From Candidatus Saccharimonadota bacterium (lineage in GTDB: Bacteria; Patescibacteriota; Saccharimonadia; Saccharimonadales; UBA4665): a DNA stretch of 32,000 nucleotides. How positions within the stretch are numbered: position 1 is the first letter of the stretch; the number at the start of each line of letters is the position of its first letter. The stretch is taken from assembly GCA_002952755.1 (NCBI GenBank), contig CP025011.1, forward strand, positions 720,001 through 752,000. Direction: 5' to 3'. Both the position numbers and the translations under genes were made by a program. The notes below the pieces were generated by a model. The model saw nothing but the letters and a program-made list of their open reading frames with translations, was not told the origin of the DNA and made no database searches. Positions 30,834 through 32,000 of this stretch are shown one piece after another.

Positions 30834-32000
30834 ATGCAAGTCACTAAAAAGAATTTATCTGATACTAAAGTACAACTAATCTTGGCAGCCGATGCCGAGT
30901 TACTCCAAAGCGCGAAAGAAGAAACATTAAAAGAGTTTGCTAAAAACGCCAAGGTACAGGGCTTCCGCGAAGGCAAAGCGCCCCTGGCCATGGTCGAAAA
31001 GCAGGTCGACCCGGCGCGCCTGCAGACTGAGTTTATCGAGCATGCTATGAACCGGCTTTACGCCGCAGCACTCGATCAAGAGCGCCTGCGTCCCGTGGAG
31101 CAGCCTAAGGTCAAGGTGACTAAGTTTGTACCTTTCGACACCCTAGAGATAGAAGCTGAGGTGTCGATCGTGGGCGATATCTCACTGCCCGATTACAAAA
31201 AGGTGAAGATCGCAAAAGAGAAGGTGGCCGTTACCGCAAAGGATGTCGACGCTGTTATTGCCGACTTGCGGGCTCGTGAAGCCGACAAAAAAGATGTAGA
31301 CCGTGCGAGCAAAAACGGCGACATGGTGGTTATCGATTTTAAGGGCACCGATGCCAAAACCAACGAAGCGATCGCTGGTGCCGATGGTAAAAACTACCCG
31401 CTTAGCCTTGGCAGCAACACTTTTATCCCCGGCTTCGAACCAGAACTGCTGGGCCTGAAGGCCGGCGAAGAGAAGACCTTTACGGTCACGTTCCCGAAAG
31501 ATTACGGCACCACTTCACTCCAAAACCGCAAGGTAACTTTTGCAGTAAGTGTCAAGAAAGTTCAAGAGGCAACCGAGCCTAAACTCGACGACGCCTTTGC
31601 CACCAAAGTCGGCCCCTTTAAAACGGTCGCTGAGCTGAAGGATGATATTAAAAAAGAGCTTGCGAGCCGCAAAGAGCAGCAAAACGAGCAAGCGTATGCC
31701 GACGAAGTAATTACTAAGATTACCGAAAAGGCTAAGGTAGCTATTCCTGACGTGCTCATCGACGAGCAGGTTGAGCGTATCGAGCGTGATCTGCGCCAGG
31801 ACCTTATGTACCGGGGCCAAACCTGGCAGGAGTATCTCAAGGCAGAGGATCTTACCGAGGAAGCCTACCGCAAGAAGCAGCGGCCTACTGCCGAGATGCG
31901 CGTCAAGGCCGGCCTGGTCTTAAGCGAAATCTCCGAAAAAGAAAAGATCGACCTTAGCGCTGAAGAGTTGGATGCTCAGATAGCTCAACTCAAGGCACAA
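30834..32000 (+). CDS. tig: Trigger factor (partial, continues beyond the window end)
   Basis: My own translation from the ATG at 30834 stays open to nt 32000 (389 codons). N-terminal ribosome-binding region (GFREGKAPLAMVEK) and FKBP-type PPIase (GDMVVIDFKG...FIPGFEPELLGLKAGEEKTFTVTFP). Absent from the ORF track because no stop codon falls in the window. TGtTACAGT lies 8 nt upstream of the ATG. Confidence 0.9.
   Translation, partial: MQVTKKNLSDTKVQLILAADAELLQSAKEETLKEFAKNAKVQGFREGKAPLAMVEKQVDPARLQTEFIEHAMNRLYAAALDQERLRPVEQPKVKVTKFVPFDTLEIEAEVSIVGDISLPDYKKVKIAKEKVAVTAKDVDAVIADLRAREADKKDVDRASKNGDMVVIDFKGTDAKTNEAIAGADGKNYPLSLGSNTFIPGFEPELLGLKAGEEKTFTVTFPKDYGTTSLQNRKVTFAVSVKKVQEATEPKLDDAFATKVGPFKTVAELKDDIKKELASRKEQQNEQAYADEVITKITEKAKVAIPDVLIDEQVERIERDLRQDLMYRGQTWQEYLKAEDLTEEAYRKKQRPTAEMRVKAGLVLSEISEKEKIDLSAEELDAQIAQLKAQ

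Overview
Gene-dense 32-kb stretch of a small bacterial chromosome with about 27 credible CDS and one tRNA. Nearly all genes are housekeeping. In order: NUDIX hydrolase, membrane CAP-domain protein, SpoU/TrmH methyltransferase, PilB/GspE ATPase, rplS, rnhB-yraN, M1 aminopeptidase, nusA, clpC, HExxH membrane protein, radA, PIN-TRAM protein, an orphan ORF, class A PBP, tyrS, SAM methyltransferase, an orphan ORF, recG, a PLC/P1-nuclease-like protein, rsmD, tRNA-Leu(UAG), a small accessory segment (cupin, orphan ORF, WhiB-like protein), hisS, and tig (cut by the window end). No biosynthetic genes are present, the housekeeping proteins are divergent and several carry low-complexity tails. This fits a reduced-genome Gram-positive-type lineage, possibly Patescibacteria/Saccharibacteria, but that assignment is inference only. 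The most unusual signal is non-coding. Five elements of about 100 nt fall into two sequence families. In each, a conserved 47-57 nt core sits at the apex of long, near-perfect inverted-repeat arms, and the arm sequences differ at every locus. Family A (3 copies) always lies just 3' of a co-oriented gene. The two family B copies are inverted relative to each other and flank a third long hairpin, forming a block of about 410 nt inside a 728-nt gene-free gap. I could not match either core to a known RNA or mobile-element family. Other notable points: a perfect CIRCE (HrcA) operator over the clpC promoter; a WhiB-type Fe-S domain at the C-terminus of a 330-aa protein next to tRNA-Leu; a recurrent TGnTACAAT/TATACT -10 box 6-10 nt upstream of many start codons, implying leaderless mRNAs; and a terminator-type attenuator in the nusA leader. 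No CRISPR array, transposase or integrase was seen.
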